NCBI RefSeq assembly: GCF_003790525.1
Contig: NZ_CP033635.1
Origin: Escherichia coli
GTDB lineage: Bacteria > Pseudomonadota > Gammaproteobacteria > Enterobacterales > Enterobacteriaceae
Strand: one strand, 5' to 3'
DNA: 64,000 nt
Within the stretch, counting starts at the first letter, position 1; every line of letters begins with the position of its first letter. Positions 1-16,810 of this stretch are shown here, piece by piece. A program made the translations under genes and the position numbers. Under the pieces are notes generated by a model. It was not told where the DNA came from. It saw only the letters and a list, made by a program, of their open reading frames with translations, and ran no database searches.

Positions 1-1413
1 TTAATTGACGGCGTGCTGGGAATGAAAGCATACGGCAGCCTGGCAAAACGTGAAAAGGATGACCCGCAAAACTCAACGACCACCGATACCGGAGAAACGC
101 CGCGTATTGAAGGATTCTCCAGCCGCGACGGCAATGTCGAATTTGCCTGGACACCGAATCAAAATCACGATTTTACTGCCGGATACGGTTTCGACCGTCA
201 GGATCGTGATTCCGACTCGCTGGACAAAAACCGCCTGGAACGCCAGAACTACTCCGTCAGCCATAATGGGCGTTGGGATTACGGCACCAGCGAACTGAAA
301 TACTACGGTGAGAAAGTCGAGAACAAAAACCCTGGCTACAGCAGCCCGATAACTTCCGAAAGCAATACGGTCGACGGCAAATACACGTTGCCGCTGACGG
401 CGATTAATCAGTTTCTCACGGTTGGCGGTGAATGGCGTCACGACAAACTTAGCGATGCGGTGAACCTGACCGGGGGAACCAGCTCCAAAACGTCTGCCAG
501 CCAGTACGCGCTGTTTGTGGAAGATGAATGGCGGATCTTCGAGCCGCTGGCGCTGACGACCGGCGTACGTATGGACGATCATGAAACCTACGGTGAACAC
601 TGGAGTCCGCGTGCCTACCTGGTTTATAACGCCACCGACACCGTAACGGTGAAAGGGGGCTGGGCGACGGCATTTAAAGCGCCTTCTCTGTTGCAACTTA
701 GCCCTGACTGGACGAGCAATTCCTGCCGTGGCGCATGTAAGATTGTGGGTAGCCCGGATCTGAAACCAGAAACCAGCGAAAGTTGGGAACTGGGGCTTTA
801 CTACATGGGCGAAGAAGGCTGGCTGGAAGGGGTTGAATCCAGCGTTACCGTTTTCCGTAACGATGTGAAAGATCGTATCAGCATTAGCCGTACGTCTGAC
901 GTCAACGCTGCACCGGGCTACCAAAACTTTGTCGGTTTTGAGACGGGCGCTAACGGACGGCGCATACCGGTATTTAGCTACTACAACGTTAACAAAGCTC
1001 GTATTCAGGGCGTGGAAACCGAACTGAAAATTCCGTTCAACGATGAATGGAAACTGTCGATCAACTACACCTACAACGATGGTCGTGATGTCAGCAACGG
1101 CGAAAACAAACCGCTATCCGATCTGCCGTTCCATACTGCTAACGGTACGCTGGACTGGAAACCGCTGGCGCTGGAAGACTGGTCATTCTATGTTTCTGGT
1201 CACTATACCGGGCAGAAACGCGCCGACAGCGCGACGGCTAAAACACCGGGCGGTTATACCATCTGGAATACCGGTGCGGCCTGGCAGGTGACTAAAGACG
1301 TCAAACTGCGCGCAGGCGTGCTGAACCTTGGCGACAAGGATCTCAGTCGTGACGACTACAGCTATAACGAAGACGGACGTCGTTACTTTATGGCAGTGGA
1401 TTATCGCTTCTGA
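1..1413 (+). CDS. cirA: TonB-dependent outer-membrane receptor, C-terminal part (colicin I receptor-like); 5' end lies outside the window
   Basis: Frame open from position 1; beta-barrel C-terminus ending ...AVDYRF; sits next to yeiG/folE as in K-12 (from memory). Confidence 0.7.
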   Translation, partial: LIDGVLGMKAYGSLAKREKDDPQNSTTTDTGETPRIEGFSSRDGNVEFAWTPNQNHDFTAGYGFDRQDRDSDSLDKNRLERQNYSVSHNGRWDYGTSELKYYGEKVENKNPGYSSPITSESNTVDGKYTLPLTAINQFLTVGGEWRHDKLSDAVNLTGGTSSKTSASQYALFVEDEWRIFEPLALTTGVRMDDHETYGEHWSPRAYLVYNATDTVTVKGGWATAFKAPSLLQLSPDWTSNSCRGACKIVGSPDLKPETSESWELGLYYMGEEGWLEGVESSVTVFRNDVKDRISISRTSDVNAAPGYQNFVGFETGANGRRIPVFSYYNVNKARIQGVETELKIPFNDEWKLSINYTYNDGRDVSNGENKPLSDLPFHTANGTLDWKPLALEDWSFYVSGHYTGQKRADSATAKTPGGYTIWNTGAAWQVTKDVKLRAGVLNLGDKDLSRDDYSYNEDGRRYFMAVDYRF

Positions 1414-1418
1414 TGAGA

Positions 1419-1441
1419 AGATGCCCGGCGAACCGGGCGGA
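1419..1441. terminator. Hairpin between convergent cirA and yeiG (possible bidirectional terminator)
   Basis: GCCCGGCGAACCGGGC inverted repeat in the 31-bp gap between the two stop codons. Confidence 0.4.
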
Positions 1442-1444
1442 CTT

Positions 1445-2317
<873 letters not shown>

Positions 2318-2537
2318 TCATACCGTTAATTCATTGTGTCGTGAGTAACTTTCACTTCCGTATTTACATAACCGTGTTTTAACATTACACCTTTGTAAGG
2401 CAGCGGCAATTACAACAATTATCGCGGTGAATACTGGATTATGTGTGCCGCCTCACGCACAATAATCAGGCTGCTAATCAGCTTAATAACTTTGCCCCAC
2501 GCAGGGCAGAGGCGTCACACCTGCAGGAGAAAAATAA

Positions 2538-3206
2538 ATGCCATCACTCAGTAAAGAAGCGGCCCTGGTTCATGAAGCGCTGGTTGCGCGAGGACTGGAA
2601 ACACCGCTGCGCCCGCCCGTGCATGAAATGGATAACGAAACGCGCAAAAGCCTTATCGCCGGTCATATGACGGAAATCATGCAGTTGCTGAATCTCGACC
2701 TGGCTGATGACAGTTTGATGGAAACGCCGCATCGTATTGCCAAAATGTATGTCGATGAAATTTTCTCCGGTCTGGATTACGCCAATTTCCCGAAAATTAC
2801 CCTTATTGAAAACAAAATGAAGGTCGATGAGATGGTTACGGTGCGCGATATCACTCTGACCAGTACCTGTGAACACCATTTTGTTACCATTGATGGCAAA
2901 GCGACGGTGGCTTATATCCCGAAAGATTCGGTGATCGGTCTGTCAAAAATTAACCGCATCGTGCAGTTCTTTGCCCAGCGTCCGCAGGTGCAGGAACGTC
3001 TGACCCAGCAAATTCTCATTGCGCTACAAACGCTGCTGGGCACCAATAACGTGGCTGTCTCTATCGACGCGGTGCATTACTGCGTGAAAGCGCGTGGCAT
3101 CCGCGACGCAACCAGTGCCACAACAACGACCTCTCTTGGTGGATTGTTCAAATCCAGTCAGAATACGCGCCACGAGTTTCTGCGCGCTGTGCGTCATCAC
3201 AACTGA
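2538..3206 (+). CDS. folE: GTP cyclohydrolase I
   Basis: 222 aa; conserved CEHH region; ends ...RAVRHHN. Confidence 0.9.
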
Positions 3207-3222
3207 TTAAAAGGCAGGAACC

Positions 3223-4380
3223 ATGGAGCGCAACGTCACGCTCGATTTTGTTCGCGGCGTCGCCATTCTGGGGATCCTGCTATTAAACATCAGCGCCTTT
3301 GGGCTACCAAAGGCGGCTTATCTCAATCCCGCCTGGTACGGCGCTATTACGTCGCAGGATGCATGGACCTGGGCATTTCTCGATCTCATCGGCCAGGTGA
3401 AATTCCTCACGCTTTTTGCTCTGCTGTTTGGTGCGGGCCTGCAAATGTTGCTGCCCCGTGGCAGACGCTGGATCCAGTCGCGGTTAACGCTGTTAGTCTT
3501 GCTGGGCTTTATTCACGGTTTATTGTTCTGGGACGGCGATATTCTGCTGGCTTACGGGCTGGTGGGCTTAATCTGCTGGCGGCTGGTGCGCGATGCGCCA
3601 TCGGTAAAAAGCCTGTTTAATACAGGCGTCATGCTTTATCTGGTGGGGCTTGGCGTTTTGCTGTTATTGGGGCTGATTTCCGACAGCCAGACCAGCCGCG
3701 CCTGGACGCCGGATGCATCGGCTATTTTGTATGAAAAATACTGGAAGCTTCACGGCGGCGTTGAAGCGATCAGTAATCGTGCCGATGGTGTTGGCAACAG
3801 TTTACTGGCACTGGGCGCACAGTATGGCTGGCAACTGGCAGGGATGATGCTCATTGGTGCCGCATTGATGCGCAGCGGCTGGCTGAAAGGGCAGTTCAGC
3901 TTACGTCACTATCGTCGTACTGGTTTTGTGCTGGTGGCGATTGGGGTGACCATTAACCTTCCTGCCATCGCCCTGCAATGGCAGCTGGACTGGGCGTATC
4001 GCTGGTGTGCATTCTTACTTCAAATGCCGCGGGAACTGAGTGCGCCGTTTCAGGCGATTGGCTATGCGTCGCTGTTTTATGGCTTCTGGCCGCAATTAAG
4101 CCGCTTTAAGCTGGTGCTGGCAATCGCCTGTGTCGGACGGATGGCACTGACCAACTATCTATTGCAAACGCTGATTTGTACCACGCTTTTTTACCACCTC
4201 GGTTTGTTTATGCTGTTTGACCGTCTGGAATTGCTGGCGTTTGTTATTCCGGTATGGCTGGCGAATATTCTCTTCTCTGTTATCTGGCTGCGTTACTTCC
4301 GCCAGGGGCCGGTGGAATGGCTCTGGCGTCAGTTAACTTTGCGTGCAGCTGGGCCGGCAAGATCTAAAACATCAAGATAA
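3223..4380 (+). CDS. yeiB: Inner membrane protein (DUF418 family)
   Basis: 385 aa multi-pass hydrophobic ORF; synteny. Confidence 0.8.
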   Translation: MERNVTLDFVRGVAILGILLLNISAFGLPKAAYLNPAWYGAITSQDAWTWAFLDLIGQVKFLTLFALLFGAGLQMLLPRGRRWIQSRLTLLVLLGFIHGLLFWDGDILLAYGLVGLICWRLVRDAPSVKSLFNTGVMLYLVGLGVLLLLGLISDSQTSRAWTPDASAILYEKYWKLHGGVEAISNRADGVGNSLLALGAQYGWQLAGMMLIGAALMRSGWLKGQFSLRHYRRTGFVLVAIGVTINLPAIALQWQLDWAYRWCAFLLQMPRELSAPFQAIGYASLFYGFWPQLSRFKLVLAIACVGRMALTNYLLQTLICTTLFYHLGLFMLFDRLELLAFVIPVWLANILFSVIWLRYFRQGPVEWLWRQLTLRAAGPARSKTSR

Positions 4381-4521
4381 CGATCTGGATCACATTCGTT
4401 AACAAAACGGCTGTAACCGTTTCCATTGCTGTGACTCGATTCACGAAGTCCTGTATTCAGTGCTGACAAAATAGCCGCCAGCAAGCAGTCATTTACTGCA
4501 ATCTCATAACAGGTAGTGAAT

Positions 4522-5562
4522 ATGATCACCATTCGTGATGTAGCGCGTCAGGCTGGCGTCTCTGTGGCAACGGTTTCCCGAGTGCTCAATAACAGCACGC
4601 TGGTCAGTGCCGACACGCGTGAAGCAGTAATGAAAGCCGTGAGTGAGCTGGATTATCGACCAAATGCCAATGCCCAGGCGCTGGCAACTCAGGTTAGCGA
4701 CACCATTGGCGTGGTGGTGATGGACGTTTCTGATGCGTTTTTCGGCGCGCTGGTAAAAGCGGTGGATTTGGTCGCCCAGCAGCATCAGAAATACGTGCTA
4801 ATCGGCAATAGCTATCATGAAGCGGAAAAAGAGCGTCACGCCATTGAGGTGTTAATTCGCCAGCGTTGTAATGCGTTGATTGTTCACTCAAAAGCATTGA
4901 GTGATGATGAACTGGCACAATTTATGGATAACATTCCCGGTATGGTGTTAATCAACCGCGTTGTGCCGGGGTACGCCCATCGTTGCGTTTGCCTGGATAA
5001 TCTCAGCGGTGCCCGAATGGCGACGCGCATGTTGCTGAATAACGGTCATCAACGTATTGGTTATCTTTCTTCCAGCCACGGCATTGAAGATGACGCCATG
5101 CGTAAAGCAGGCTGGATGAGTGCGTTGAAAGAGCAGGATATTATTCCGCCGGAAAGCTGGATTGGCACTGGCACGCCGGACATGCCGGGCGGTGAGGCGG
5201 CGATGGTTGAACTGCTGGGGCGCAATCTACAACTTACCGCTGTATTTGCTTATAACGACAATATGGCTGCTGGCGCACTGACAGCATTAAAAGATAATGG
5301 CATTGCGATTCCGTTACATCTCTCAATCATCGGTTTCGATGATATTCCCATCGCCCGTTACACCGACCCGCAATTAACGACCGTGCGTTATCCCATTGCT
5401 TCAATGGCTAAATTAGCCACCGAACTGGCCTTGCAGGGGGCAGCAGGCAATATTGATCCTCGTGCCAGCCACTGTTTTATGCCAACGTTAGTGCGTCGTC
5501 ATTCTGTCGCAACGCGCCAGAATGCGGCGGCGATCACTAACTCAACAAATCAGGCGATGTAA
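4522..5562 (+). CDS. galS: LacI/GalR-family repressor of the mgl operon
   Basis: N-terminal [27 protein letters not shown]; start set at the second ATG to give the expected length. Confidence 0.85.
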   Translation: MITIRDVARQAGVSVATVSRVLNNSTLVSADTREAVMKAVSELDYRPNANAQALATQVSDTIGVVVMDVSDAFFGALVKAVDLVAQQHQKYVLIGNSYHEAEKERHAIEVLIRQRCNALIVHSKALSDDELAQFMDNIPGMVLINRVVPGYAHRCVCLDNLSGARMATRMLLNNGHQRIGYLSSSHGIEDDAMRKAGWMSALKEQDIIPPESWIGTGTPDMPGGEAAMVELLGRNLQLTAVFAYNDNMAAGALTALKDNGIAIPLHLSIIGFDDIPIARYTDPQLTTVRYPIASMAKLATELALQGAAGNIDPRASHCFMPTLVRRHSVATRQNAAAITNSTNQAM

Positions 5563-5651
5563 CCGCTTTCAATCTGTGAGTGATTTCACAGTATCTTAAC
5601 AATGTGATAGCTATGATTGCACCGTTTTAACGTTGTAACCCGTATGTAACA

Positions 5652-5669
5652 GTGAATAATCACTTTCAC
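5652..5669. promoter_or_regulatory. Possible GalR/GalS-type operator in the galS-mglB intergenic region
   Basis: Imperfect palindrome GTGAATAATCACTTTCAC (GTGAA...TTCAC arms) about 170 bp upstream of mglB. Confidence 0.25.
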
Positions 5670-5841
5670 CGAGGTAATAGCGTCATAACAACAATTAAAG
5701 CCGTTTTCTGGAGCGTTACCGGGCATGGAAGAACGAATTTTAAAAAGTGAGCTTCGGCGTTCAGTAACACTTCATTAACTCTACTGCCCCGCCGAGCATT
5801 TATCTCAAGCACTACCCTGCATAAGAAAAACCGGAGATACC

Positions 5842-6840
5842 ATGAATAAGAAGGTGTTAACCCTGTCTGCTGTGATGGCCAGCATGTTATTCGGTGCCGC
5901 TGCACACGCTGCTGATACTCGCATTGGTGTAACAATCTATAAGTACGACGATAACTTTATGTCTGTGGTGCGCAAGGCTATTGAGCAAGATGCGAAAGCC
6001 GCGCCAGATGTTCAGCTGCTGATGAATGATTCTCAGAATGACCAGTCCAAGCAGAACGATCAGATCGACGTATTGCTGGCGAAAGGGGTGAAGGCACTGG
6101 CAATCAACCTGGTTGACCCGGCAGCTGCGGGTACGGTGATTGAGAAAGCGCGTGGGCAAAACGTGCCGGTGGTTTTCTTCAACAAAGAACCGTCTCGTAA
6201 GGCGCTGGATAGCTACGACAAAGCCTACTACGTTGGCACTGACTCCAAAGAGTCCGGCATTATTCAGGGCGATTTGATTGCTAAACACTGGGCGGCGAAT
6301 CAGGGTTGGGATCTGAACAAAGACGGTCAGATTCAGTTCGTACTGCTGAAAGGTGAGCCGGGCCATCCGGATGCAGAAGCACGTACCACTTACGTGATTA
6401 AAGAATTGAACGACAAAGGCATCAAAACTGAACAGTTACAGTTAGATACCGCTATGTGGGATACCGCTCAGGCGAAAGATAAGATGGACGCCTGGCTATC
6501 TGGCCCGAACGCCAACAAAATCGAAGTGGTTATCGCCAACAACGATGCGATGGCAATGGGCGCGGTAGAAGCACTGAAAGCACACAACAAGTCCAGCATT
6601 CCGGTGTTTGGCGTCGATGCGCTGCCAGAAGCGCTGGCGCTGGTGAAATCCGGTGCACTGGCGGGCACCGTACTGAACGATGCTAACAACCAGGCGAAAG
6701 CGACCTTTGATTTGGCGAAAAACCTGGCCGATGGCAAAGGTGCGGCTGATGGCACCAACTGGAAAATCGACAACAAAGTGGTCCGCGTACCTTATGTTGG
6801 CGTAGATAAAGACAACCTGGCTGAATTCAGCAAGAAATAA
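5842..6840 (+). CDS. mglB: Periplasmic galactose/glucose-binding protein
   Basis: 332 aa with signal peptide ending ...AAAHA; periplasmic binding-protein fold. Confidence 0.95.
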   Translation: MNKKVLTLSAVMASMLFGAAAHAADTRIGVTIYKYDDNFMSVVRKAIEQDAKAAPDVQLLMNDSQNDQSKQNDQIDVLLAKGVKALAINLVDPAAAGTVIEKARGQNVPVVFFNKEPSRKALDSYDKAYYVGTDSKESGIIQGDLIAKHWAANQGWDLNKDGQIQFVLLKGEPGHPDAEARTTYVIKELNDKGIKTEQLQLDTAMWDTAQAKDKMDAWLSGPNANKIEVVIANNDAMAMGAVEALKAHNKSSIPVFGVDALPEALALVKSGALAGTVLNDANNQAKATFDLAKNLADGKGAADGTNWKIDNKVVRVPYVGVDKDNLAEFSKK

Positions 6841-6900
6841 GACTGATTGGGCGCAGTCGTTTACTGCGCCCTTATTGTAGGGCCAACAAGGTAAAATTAT

Positions 6901-8421
6901 ATGGTCAGCTCAACGACTCCGTCTTCCGGGGAATACTTGTTGGAAATGAGCGGTATCAACAAGTCTTTTCCTGGTGTTAAGGCACTTGATAACGTTAATT
7001 TAAAAGTCCGGCCACATTCTATCCATGCATTAATGGGGGAAAACGGCGCAGGAAAATCAACATTATTAAAATGCCTGTTTGGTATTTATCAAAAAGACTC
7101 CGGCACCATTTTATTCCAGGGTAAAGAGATCGATTTCCATTCTGCAAAAGAAGCGCTGGAAAATGGTATTTCGATGGTACACCAGGAGTTAAACCTGGTA
7201 TTACAACGTTCGGTGATGGATAACATGTGGCTGGGGCGATATCCCACCAAAGGCATGTTTGTCGATCAGGACAAAATGTACCGCGAAACCAAAGCGATTT
7301 TTGATGAACTGGATATTGATATCGATCCGCGTGCGCGCGTCGGCACATTATCCGTTTCGCAAATGCAGATGATCGAAATCGCCAAAGCGTTTTCCTATAA
7401 CGCGAAAATTGTGATTATGGATGAACCGACTTCTTCGTTAACCGAAAAAGAGGTCAATCATCTGTTCACTATTATTCGTAAATTAAAAGAGCGCGGCTGC
7501 GGTATTGTTTATATCTCACATAAAATGGAAGAAATCTTCCAGTTATGTGATGAAGTTACCGTATTGCGCGACGGTCAGTGGATCGCCACCGAACCGCTGG
7601 CAGGGCTGACGATGGACAAGATCATCGCCATGATGGTTGGGCGTTCTCTTAACCAGCGTTTCCCTGACAAAGAAAACAAGCCGGGCGAAGTGATTCTGGA
7701 AGTGCGTAACCTGACGTCGCTGCGCCAGCCGTCGATCCGTGATGTCTCGTTTGATCTGCATAAAGGGGAGATTCTCGGTATAGCCGGTCTGGTGGGAGCG
7801 AAACGTACCGATATTGTTGAGACGTTATTTGGTATTCGCGAGAAATCGGCTGGCACCATTACGTTGCACGGCAAAAAGATCAATAACCATAATGCCAACG
7901 AAGCCATAAACCACGGATTTGCACTGGTAACTGAAGAGCGCCGCTCAACGGGAATTTATGCCTATCTGGATATTGGCTTTAACTCGTTAATTTCCAATAT
8001 TCGCAATTACAAAAACAAAGTTGGCTTGCTGGATAATTCGCGGATGAAAAGCGATACCCAGTGGGTCATTGATTCGATGCGGGTAAAAACGCCAGGTCAT
8101 CGGACGCAAATAGGTTCGCTCTCCGGTGGTAATCAGCAAAAAGTGATTATTGGTCGCTGGCTGTTAACGCAACCAGAAATATTAATGCTCGATGAACCGA
8201 CGCGCGGTATTGACGTTGGGGCTAAGTTTGAGATTTATCAGTTAATTGCCGAACTGGCGAAGAAAGGCAAGGGGATTATTATTATCTCCTCTGAAATGCC
8301 TGAGTTGTTAGGGATAACAGACCGTATTCTGGTCATGAGCAATGGTCTCGTTTCCGGAATTGTCGATACAAAAACAACAACGCAAAACGAAATTCTGCGT
8401 CTTGCGTCTTTGCACCTTTAA
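6901..8421 (+). CDS. mglA: Galactose/methyl-galactoside ABC transporter ATPase (tandem ABC domains)
   Basis: 506 aa; two Walker A and LSGG signature motifs. Confidence 0.95.
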   Translation: MVSSTTPSSGEYLLEMSGINKSFPGVKALDNVNLKVRPHSIHALMGENGAGKSTLLKCLFGIYQKDSGTILFQGKEIDFHSAKEALENGISMVHQELNLVLQRSVMDNMWLGRYPTKGMFVDQDKMYRETKAIFDELDIDIDPRARVGTLSVSQMQMIEIAKAFSYNAKIVIMDEPTSSLTEKEVNHLFTIIRKLKERGCGIVYISHKMEEIFQLCDEVTVLRDGQWIATEPLAGLTMDKIIAMMVGRSLNQRFPDKENKPGEVILEVRNLTSLRQPSIRDVSFDLHKGEILGIAGLVGAKRTDIVETLFGIREKSAGTITLHGKKINNHNANEAINHGFALVTEERRSTGIYAYLDIGFNSLISNIRNYKNKVGLLDNSRMKSDTQWVIDSMRVKTPGHRTQIGSLSGGNQQKVIIGRWLLTQPEILMLDEPTRGIDVGAKFEIYQLIAELAKKGKGIIIISSEMPELLGITDRILVMSNGLVSGIVDTKTTTQNEILRLASLHL

Positions 8422-8436
8422 GATTAGGGGCTTCCC

Positions 8437-9447
8437 ATGAGTGCGTTAAATAAGAAAAGTTTTCTTACTTACCTGAAAGAAGGCGGTATTTACGTCGTTC
8501 TTTTAGTTTTGCTGGCAATTATTATTTTCCAGGACCCAACATTTTTAAGTCTGTTGAACTTAAGTAATATTCTCACCCAGTCATCGGTGCGTATTATTAT
8601 CGCGCTCGGTGTGGCAGGGTTAATTGTCACCCAGGGGACCGACCTTTCTGCAGGTCGCCAGGTGGGGCTGGCGGCAGTAGTAGCGGCGACGTTGTTGCAG
8701 TCCATGGATAACGCCAACAAAGTGTTCCCGGAAATGGCGACGATGCCGATTGCGCTGGTTATTCTGATTGTCTGTGCCATTGGTGCGGTGATCGGTTTGA
8801 TTAACGGCCTGATTATCGCTTATCTCAACGTGACGCCATTCATTACCACGCTCGGCACGATGATCATCGTCTATGGCATCAACTCGCTCTATTACGACTT
8901 TGTCGGGGCGTCGCCAATTTCTGGTTTTGACAGTGGCTTCTCTACCTTTGCTCAGGGCTTTGTCGCGCTGGGGAGTTTCCGTCTCTCTTACATCACCTTC
9001 TATGCGTTGATTGCGGTGGTGTTTGTCTGGGTGTTGTGGAACAAAACCCGCTTCGGTAAGAACATTTTTGCCATTGGCGGTAACCCGGAAGCGGCGAAAG
9101 TATCTGGTGTCAACGTCGGCCTGAACCTGCTGATGATCTACGCGTTGTCTGGTGTGTTCTATGCCTTCGGCGGGATGTTAGAAGCCGGACGTATCGGCTC
9201 AGCCACCAATAACCTCGGCTTTATGTATGAGCTGGATGCTATCGCGGCGTGCGTGGTAGGCGGCGTATCGTTCAGCGGCGGTGTGGGGACGGTGATTGGC
9301 GTGGTGACCGGGGTAATTATTTTTACCGTCATCAACTATGGCCTGACGTATATCGGCGTAAACCCATACTGGCAGTACATCATCAAAGGGGCGATTATTA
9401 TCTTCGCCGTAGCGCTGGATTCACTGAAATACGCGCGTAAGAAATGA
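8437..9447 (+). CDS. mglC: Galactose ABC transporter permease
   Basis: 336 aa polytopic membrane protein immediately after mglA. Confidence 0.95.
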   Translation: MSALNKKSFLTYLKEGGIYVVLLVLLAIIIFQDPTFLSLLNLSNILTQSSVRIIIALGVAGLIVTQGTDLSAGRQVGLAAVVAATLLQSMDNANKVFPEMATMPIALVILIVCAIGAVIGLINGLIIAYLNVTPFITTLGTMIIVYGINSLYYDFVGASPISGFDSGFSTFAQGFVALGSFRLSYITFYALIAVVFVWVLWNKTRFGKNIFAIGGNPEAAKVSGVNVGLNLLMIYALSGVFYAFGGMLEAGRIGSATNNLGFMYELDAIAACVVGGVSFSGGVGTVIGVVTGVIIFTVINYGLTYIGVNPYWQYIIKGAIIIFAVALDSLKYARKK

Positions 9448-9462
9448 TGTGAATGTGGGTAT

Positions 9463-9513
9463 TGCCGGATGCGCTGCATCCGGCATTCGGTGCCAAATGC
9501 CGGATGTGACGCG
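9463..9513. repeat. REP/BIME element
   Basis: Two GCCGGATG-type palindromic units (TGCCGGATGCG...CATCCGGCA...) between convergent mglC and preA. Confidence 0.6.
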
Positions 9514-9517
9514 GGTT

Positions 9518-10753
9518 CTACAACGTTACCGGGTGTTCTTTCTCGCCTTTCTTAAACTTCACTTCTCCGAGATCAATACAACCCACCGGGCAGACGTGAC
9601 CACAAAGCAGACAACCCACGCATTTCTCGGTATTACAATGCGGTGTACGGGTTTTCTCGCTCCATTCCATCGCCTGGTGACCGCCGTCGTAACAGGAAAT
9701 ATAACAGCGTCCACAGCCAACACATTTATCGAGATTGATATGGGGATAGACAATATAACTGCGGTCTAAATCTTCCGCCGGGACAATATTATTATTCGCC
9801 AGACCTACCATCTCCTGCAACGAATCAAATCCCTGATCGGTGAGATAATGCGACAACCCGCTCGCCATATCTTCCACTATCCGATACCCGTACTGCATAA
9901 TGCCGGTGGTCACCTGCAACGTCGCTGCACCGAGCAATAAAAACTCCGCCGCATCTTCCCAGGTTTCAATACCGCCGATACCGCTGATCGGGAAATCGCG
10001 CAGCTCTGGATGGGTACGCATTTGCTGAATGAAGCGCAGGGCGATCGGTTTTACCGCTTTACCGGAATATCCGGAAATACTCGATTTACCGTTAACGATC
10101 GGCATACCGATTTTCTGATTAAGATCGATATTGGTGATGGATTTAACGGTGTTAATCGCCGCAATGCCATCTGCGCCGCCGCGCTTCGCCGCCAGCGCCA
10201 CTTCGCACATATCACCGATATTCGGCGTCATCTTCGCCAGCATTGGCAGCGTGGAACCACGTTTTACTGCCCGACAATATTTTTCTACCAGCTCCGGGCT
10301 TTGCCCGACATCGCTACCCATCGCATGAGAAGTCATTTGCGGACAGGAGAAGTTACACTCGATCATATCCGCGCCAGCTTCTTGCACCAGACGCGCCAGC
10401 TCTTCCCATTGCTGCTCATTTTCGCCCATGATTGAAGCGATCAATACTTTGTCCGGGTAATCTTCTTTCAGCCGACGCAGGGCGGCCAGATTCTCTTCCA
10501 ACGGATGTTCAGCAATCTGCTCCATATTTTTGAAGCCGATAAAACCGGTATCTTCTTTCACCAGATGATCAAAACGCGGCGAGACTTCGTTGGCGATAAA
10601 AAAGCCGATCGTTTTAAACACCACGCCGCCCCAGCCAGTGTCGTAGGCTTTGGCACACATCTCATAGCAGTTGCCTACCGGCGAAGAAGAGAGGCAGAAC
10701 GGGTTGGGAAACTTCACGCCGCAAAAAGTAATCGAAAGATCTTTCGTTAACAT
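9518..10753 (-). CDS. preA: NAD-dependent dihydropyrimidine dehydrogenase subunit PreA (4Fe-4S/TIM barrel)
   Basis: DHOD-like fold with C-terminal CxxCxxC ferredoxin motifs; start at MLTKDL. Confidence 0.85.
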   Translation of the reverse strand: MLTKDLSITFCGVKFPNPFCLSSSPVGNCYEMCAKAYDTGWGGVVFKTIGFFIANEVSPRFDHLVKEDTGFIGFKNMEQIAEHPLEENLAALRRLKEDYPDKVLIASIMGENEQQWEELARLVQEAGADMIECNFSCPQMTSHAMGSDVGQSPELVEKYCRAVKRGSTLPMLAKMTPNIGDMCEVALAAKRGGADGIAAINTVKSITNIDLNQKIGMPIVNGKSSISGYSGKAVKPIALRFIQQMRTHPELRDFPISGIGGIETWEDAAEFLLLGAATLQVTTGIMQYGYRIVEDMASGLSHYLTDQGFDSLQEMVGLANNNIVPAEDLDRSYIVYPHINLDKCVGCGRCYISCYDGGHQAMEWSEKTRTPHCNTEKCVGCLLCGHVCPVGCIDLGEVKFKKGEKEHPVTL

Positions 10754-11985
10754 GAGCAAGCTCCCTCTAAATAGTGATGAATCGCCTCGGCGGCTTCTTT
10801 CCCGGTTTTCACGGCATAGACCACGGTTTTGTCCCCCTCAACAATATCGCCAGCAGCAAAGACTTGCGGATCGCGGGTCTGGTAATTTTGTGTATTGATG
10901 GTGTTACGCTGCGGCTCTAACTCCGCAAAGGCATCCAGTCTGGCATGCTGACCGACGGCGAGAATAATTTTATCTGCCGCCATCGTCAGTTCGCCCGGTA
11001 ACCGTACATGCTTAAACGTGACTTTATTGCCTTCCACGGCTACTGGCGTGAATCCATCAATGATCGAAACGCCCAGCTCCCGGGCGCTGGCAAACTCTTT
11101 TTCGCTTGCCGGAAACTCATCTAACTCTTCACGCGCTACGCAAGTTACTGCCTGACAGCCGAGAACTTTCAGCGTGCTGGCTACGTCCATCGCGACATCA
11201 CCGCCGCCGATAATTAATGCGCTTTGTGGAATGCTGATATCGCCTTGCGCCTGTCGTGCACGTTGCAGGAAGTCGACGGCAATCTCAACGTCGCTATGCT
11301 CAAACAGTGGTAGCCCCGAACCGCTCGATAACCCCACGGTGACCAGTACCGCGCGGTTTTCCGCTTTCAGCTGCTCCAGGGTGAGTGTGTTACCGATTTC
11401 GTTATTGCATTTAATGGTCACGCCCATTTTTTCTATACGGGCGATTTCTGCATCCAGCACCGATTGCGGTAACCGGAATTGCGGAATGCCGTTACGCAAC
11501 CAGCCACCGGGTTGTGCTTCTTTCTCATAGATCGTGACGTCATAACCCTGGTTTGTCAGCGTCACACTGGCCTGCAATCCGGCAGGACCCGCGCCAATAA
11601 TGGCGACTTTGCCGAGCGTTTTAGTACCGGGCTGATAAATTTCCATCCCGGTTTGTTGTTCAAAATCAGTAACAAAACGCTGTAAGCGACCGATATCAAT
11701 GGGAGTATCAACACCAGCACGTGTACAACCGCTTTGGCATAATTTCTCCGTCGGGCACACTCTGGCACAAACGGCACCGAGGGCATTATTTTCACGAATT
11801 GTCTCGGCAGCACCTTTAAAATTACGAAAATAAATTGAGCGGATAAATTTCCCTGGGTCAGTTTGCGCCGGACAAGCCTGACTACAGGGGGCGTCATGGC
11901 ATAATAAACAGCGAGAGGCTTCTTTAATCGCCAGTAAAGGCGTAAAAGCCGGAGTGAGTTCATCCAGATAATTTTGTTGCGGCAT
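10747..11985 (-). CDS. preT: Dihydropyrimidine dehydrogenase subunit PreT (FAD/NAD oxidoreductase)
   Basis: 412 aa; GAGPAG dinucleotide-binding motif; overlaps the preA start. Confidence 0.85.
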   Translation of the reverse strand: MPQQNYLDELTPAFTPLLAIKEASRCLLCHDAPCSQACPAQTDPGKFIRSIYFRNFKGAAETIRENNALGAVCARVCPTEKLCQSGCTRAGVDTPIDIGRLQRFVTDFEQQTGMEIYQPGTKTLGKVAIIGAGPAGLQASVTLTNQGYDVTIYEKEAQPGGWLRNGIPQFRLPQSVLDAEIARIEKMGVTIKCNNEIGNTLTLEQLKAENRAVLVTVGLSSGSGLPLFEHSDVEIAVDFLQRARQAQGDISIPQSALIIGGGDVAMDVASTLKVLGCQAVTCVAREELDEFPASEKEFASARELGVSIIDGFTPVAVEGNKVTFKHVRLPGELTMAADKIILAVGQHARLDAFAELEPQRNTINTQNYQTRDPQVFAAGDIVEGDKTVVYAVKTGKEAAEAIHHYLEGACSC

Positions 11986-12178
11986 GTGATCTTCCTTAAT
12001 GCTATGAGTAATTAAGGCGAACGCTAAATAAATATTGCGTGCTGATATTAAGGCTATGCGCGTGGGGAAATTTAAACTGTGAAAGGATTCACAAATAGCT
12101 GCGGTTCAGAATGTTATATCCGCAGCTTATTGAGTGAAGTAATAATTATTCTCAATAATTAACAGAAAAGAGAAAATA

Positions 12179-14174
<1,996 letters not shown>

Positions 14175-14303
14175 GGCGTTGCCTCATAATCATGTAATGG
14201 GATAACAGTTTACGAACCCGTTATGGCTTTATATGTGATCTGAATCTCATTAATTATGCAACGAGTGAAACTTACATCAAAAATGCGCGACGCATCGCAA
14301 ATT

Positions 14304-15430
<1,127 letters not shown>

Positions 15431-15632
15431 TTAATTCGTAAAACGTGCTACCGATCACATTAAGAAATCAGCGCTTATTTTTTCGCTCCCGGGCATTACG
15501 CAATGCGCAGCGAACTCAGGCATACATCAAGCATAGAGAGGGATTGCAGTTTGCAGCAATCCCTCTTTGCAGACCTTTAATCCGTTGACTATAGGCGCTA
15601 ACATAGCGCCTCATTTTTTTGCGGGTGATGAT

Positions 15633-16580
15633 ATGCGTGTGTTACTGGCACCGATGGAGGGTGTACTCGACTCTCTGGTGCGTGAATTGCTGACCGAAGT
15701 TAACGACTACGATCTGTGCATCACCGAGTTTGTCCGCGTGGTGGATCAACTGCTGCCGGTAAAAGTCTTTCATCGCATTTGCCCTGAGCTACAAAACGCC
15801 AGCCGGACACCATCCGGTACGCTGGTGCGCGTGCAGTTGTTAGGTCAGTTCCCACAATGGCTGGCAGAGAATGCCGCCCGTGCGGTCGAGTTAGGTTCCT
15901 GGGGCGTGGATCTCAATTGCGGCTGCCCGTCGAAAACGGTTAACGGTAGCGGCGGTGGGGCGACGTTACTCAAAGATCCTGAACTCATCTATCAGGGTGC
16001 AAAAGCGATGCGCGAAGCTGTACCGGCGCATTTGCCCGTCAGCGTAAAAGTGCGTCTGGGCTGGGACAGCGGTGAGAAGAAATTTGAAATCGCCGATGCG
16101 GTTCAACAGGCTGGTGCTACAGAGCTGGTGGTGCATGGGCGGACGAAAGAGCAGGGTTACCGCGCGGAGCATATTGACTGGCAGGCGATTGGCGAGATTC
16201 GCCAGCGGCTGAATATTCCGGTGATTGCCAACGGTGAAATCTGGAACTGGCAGAGTGCGCAACAATGCATGACGATCAGCGGATGCGACGCAGTGATGAT
16301 TGGTCGCGGGGCGCTCAATATTCCCAACCTGAGCCGGGTGGTAAAATATAACGAACCGCGAATGCCGTGGCCGGAGGTAGTTGCTTTGCTGCAAAAATAT
16401 ACCCGTCTGGAAAAGCAGGGCGATACCGGGTTATATCACGTAGCGCGGATTAAACAGTGGTTGAGTTATTTGCGTAAAGAATACGATGAAGCAACAGAAT
16501 TATTTCAGCATGTTCGGATGTTGAATAATTCCCCTGATATTGCAAGGGCTATTCAGGCAATTGATATCGAGAAACTCTAA
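15633..16580 (+). CDS. dusC: tRNA-dihydrouridine synthase C
   Basis: Dus TIM-barrel motifs (LAPMEG, NCGCP); start at [10 protein letters not shown]. Confidence 0.85.
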   Translation: MRVLLAPMEGVLDSLVRELLTEVNDYDLCITEFVRVVDQLLPVKVFHRICPELQNASRTPSGTLVRVQLLGQFPQWLAENAARAVELGSWGVDLNCGCPSKTVNGSGGGATLLKDPELIYQGAKAMREAVPAHLPVSVKVRLGWDSGEKKFEIADAVQQAGATELVVHGRTKEQGYRAEHIDWQAIGEIRQRLNIPVIANGEIWNWQSAQQCMTISGCDAVMIGRGALNIPNLSRVVKYNEPRMPWPEVVALLQKYTRLEKQGDTGLYHVARIKQWLSYLRKEYDEATELFQHVRMLNNSPDIARAIQAIDIEKL

Positions 16581-16810
16581 GAAACATAGTGATGTTTTTT
16601 GACAATGTGTTAGCTCTTTATCAATAGGCCGCACGGTTGTTTGGTGGCGTCAAAATCGCCGAGGCGTTCCCTGAAGGCCGGGGCAGCCCACATGGATGTG
16701 GGCTGAGGGCGCGTTTTACAGGGATAATGAGATGGACGCTCCAGATTTTACGGTATCAAAGTACCAGACTGGATCGTTGCAATACGTCCTGAAAAATTAG
16801 GAGCGTCCAC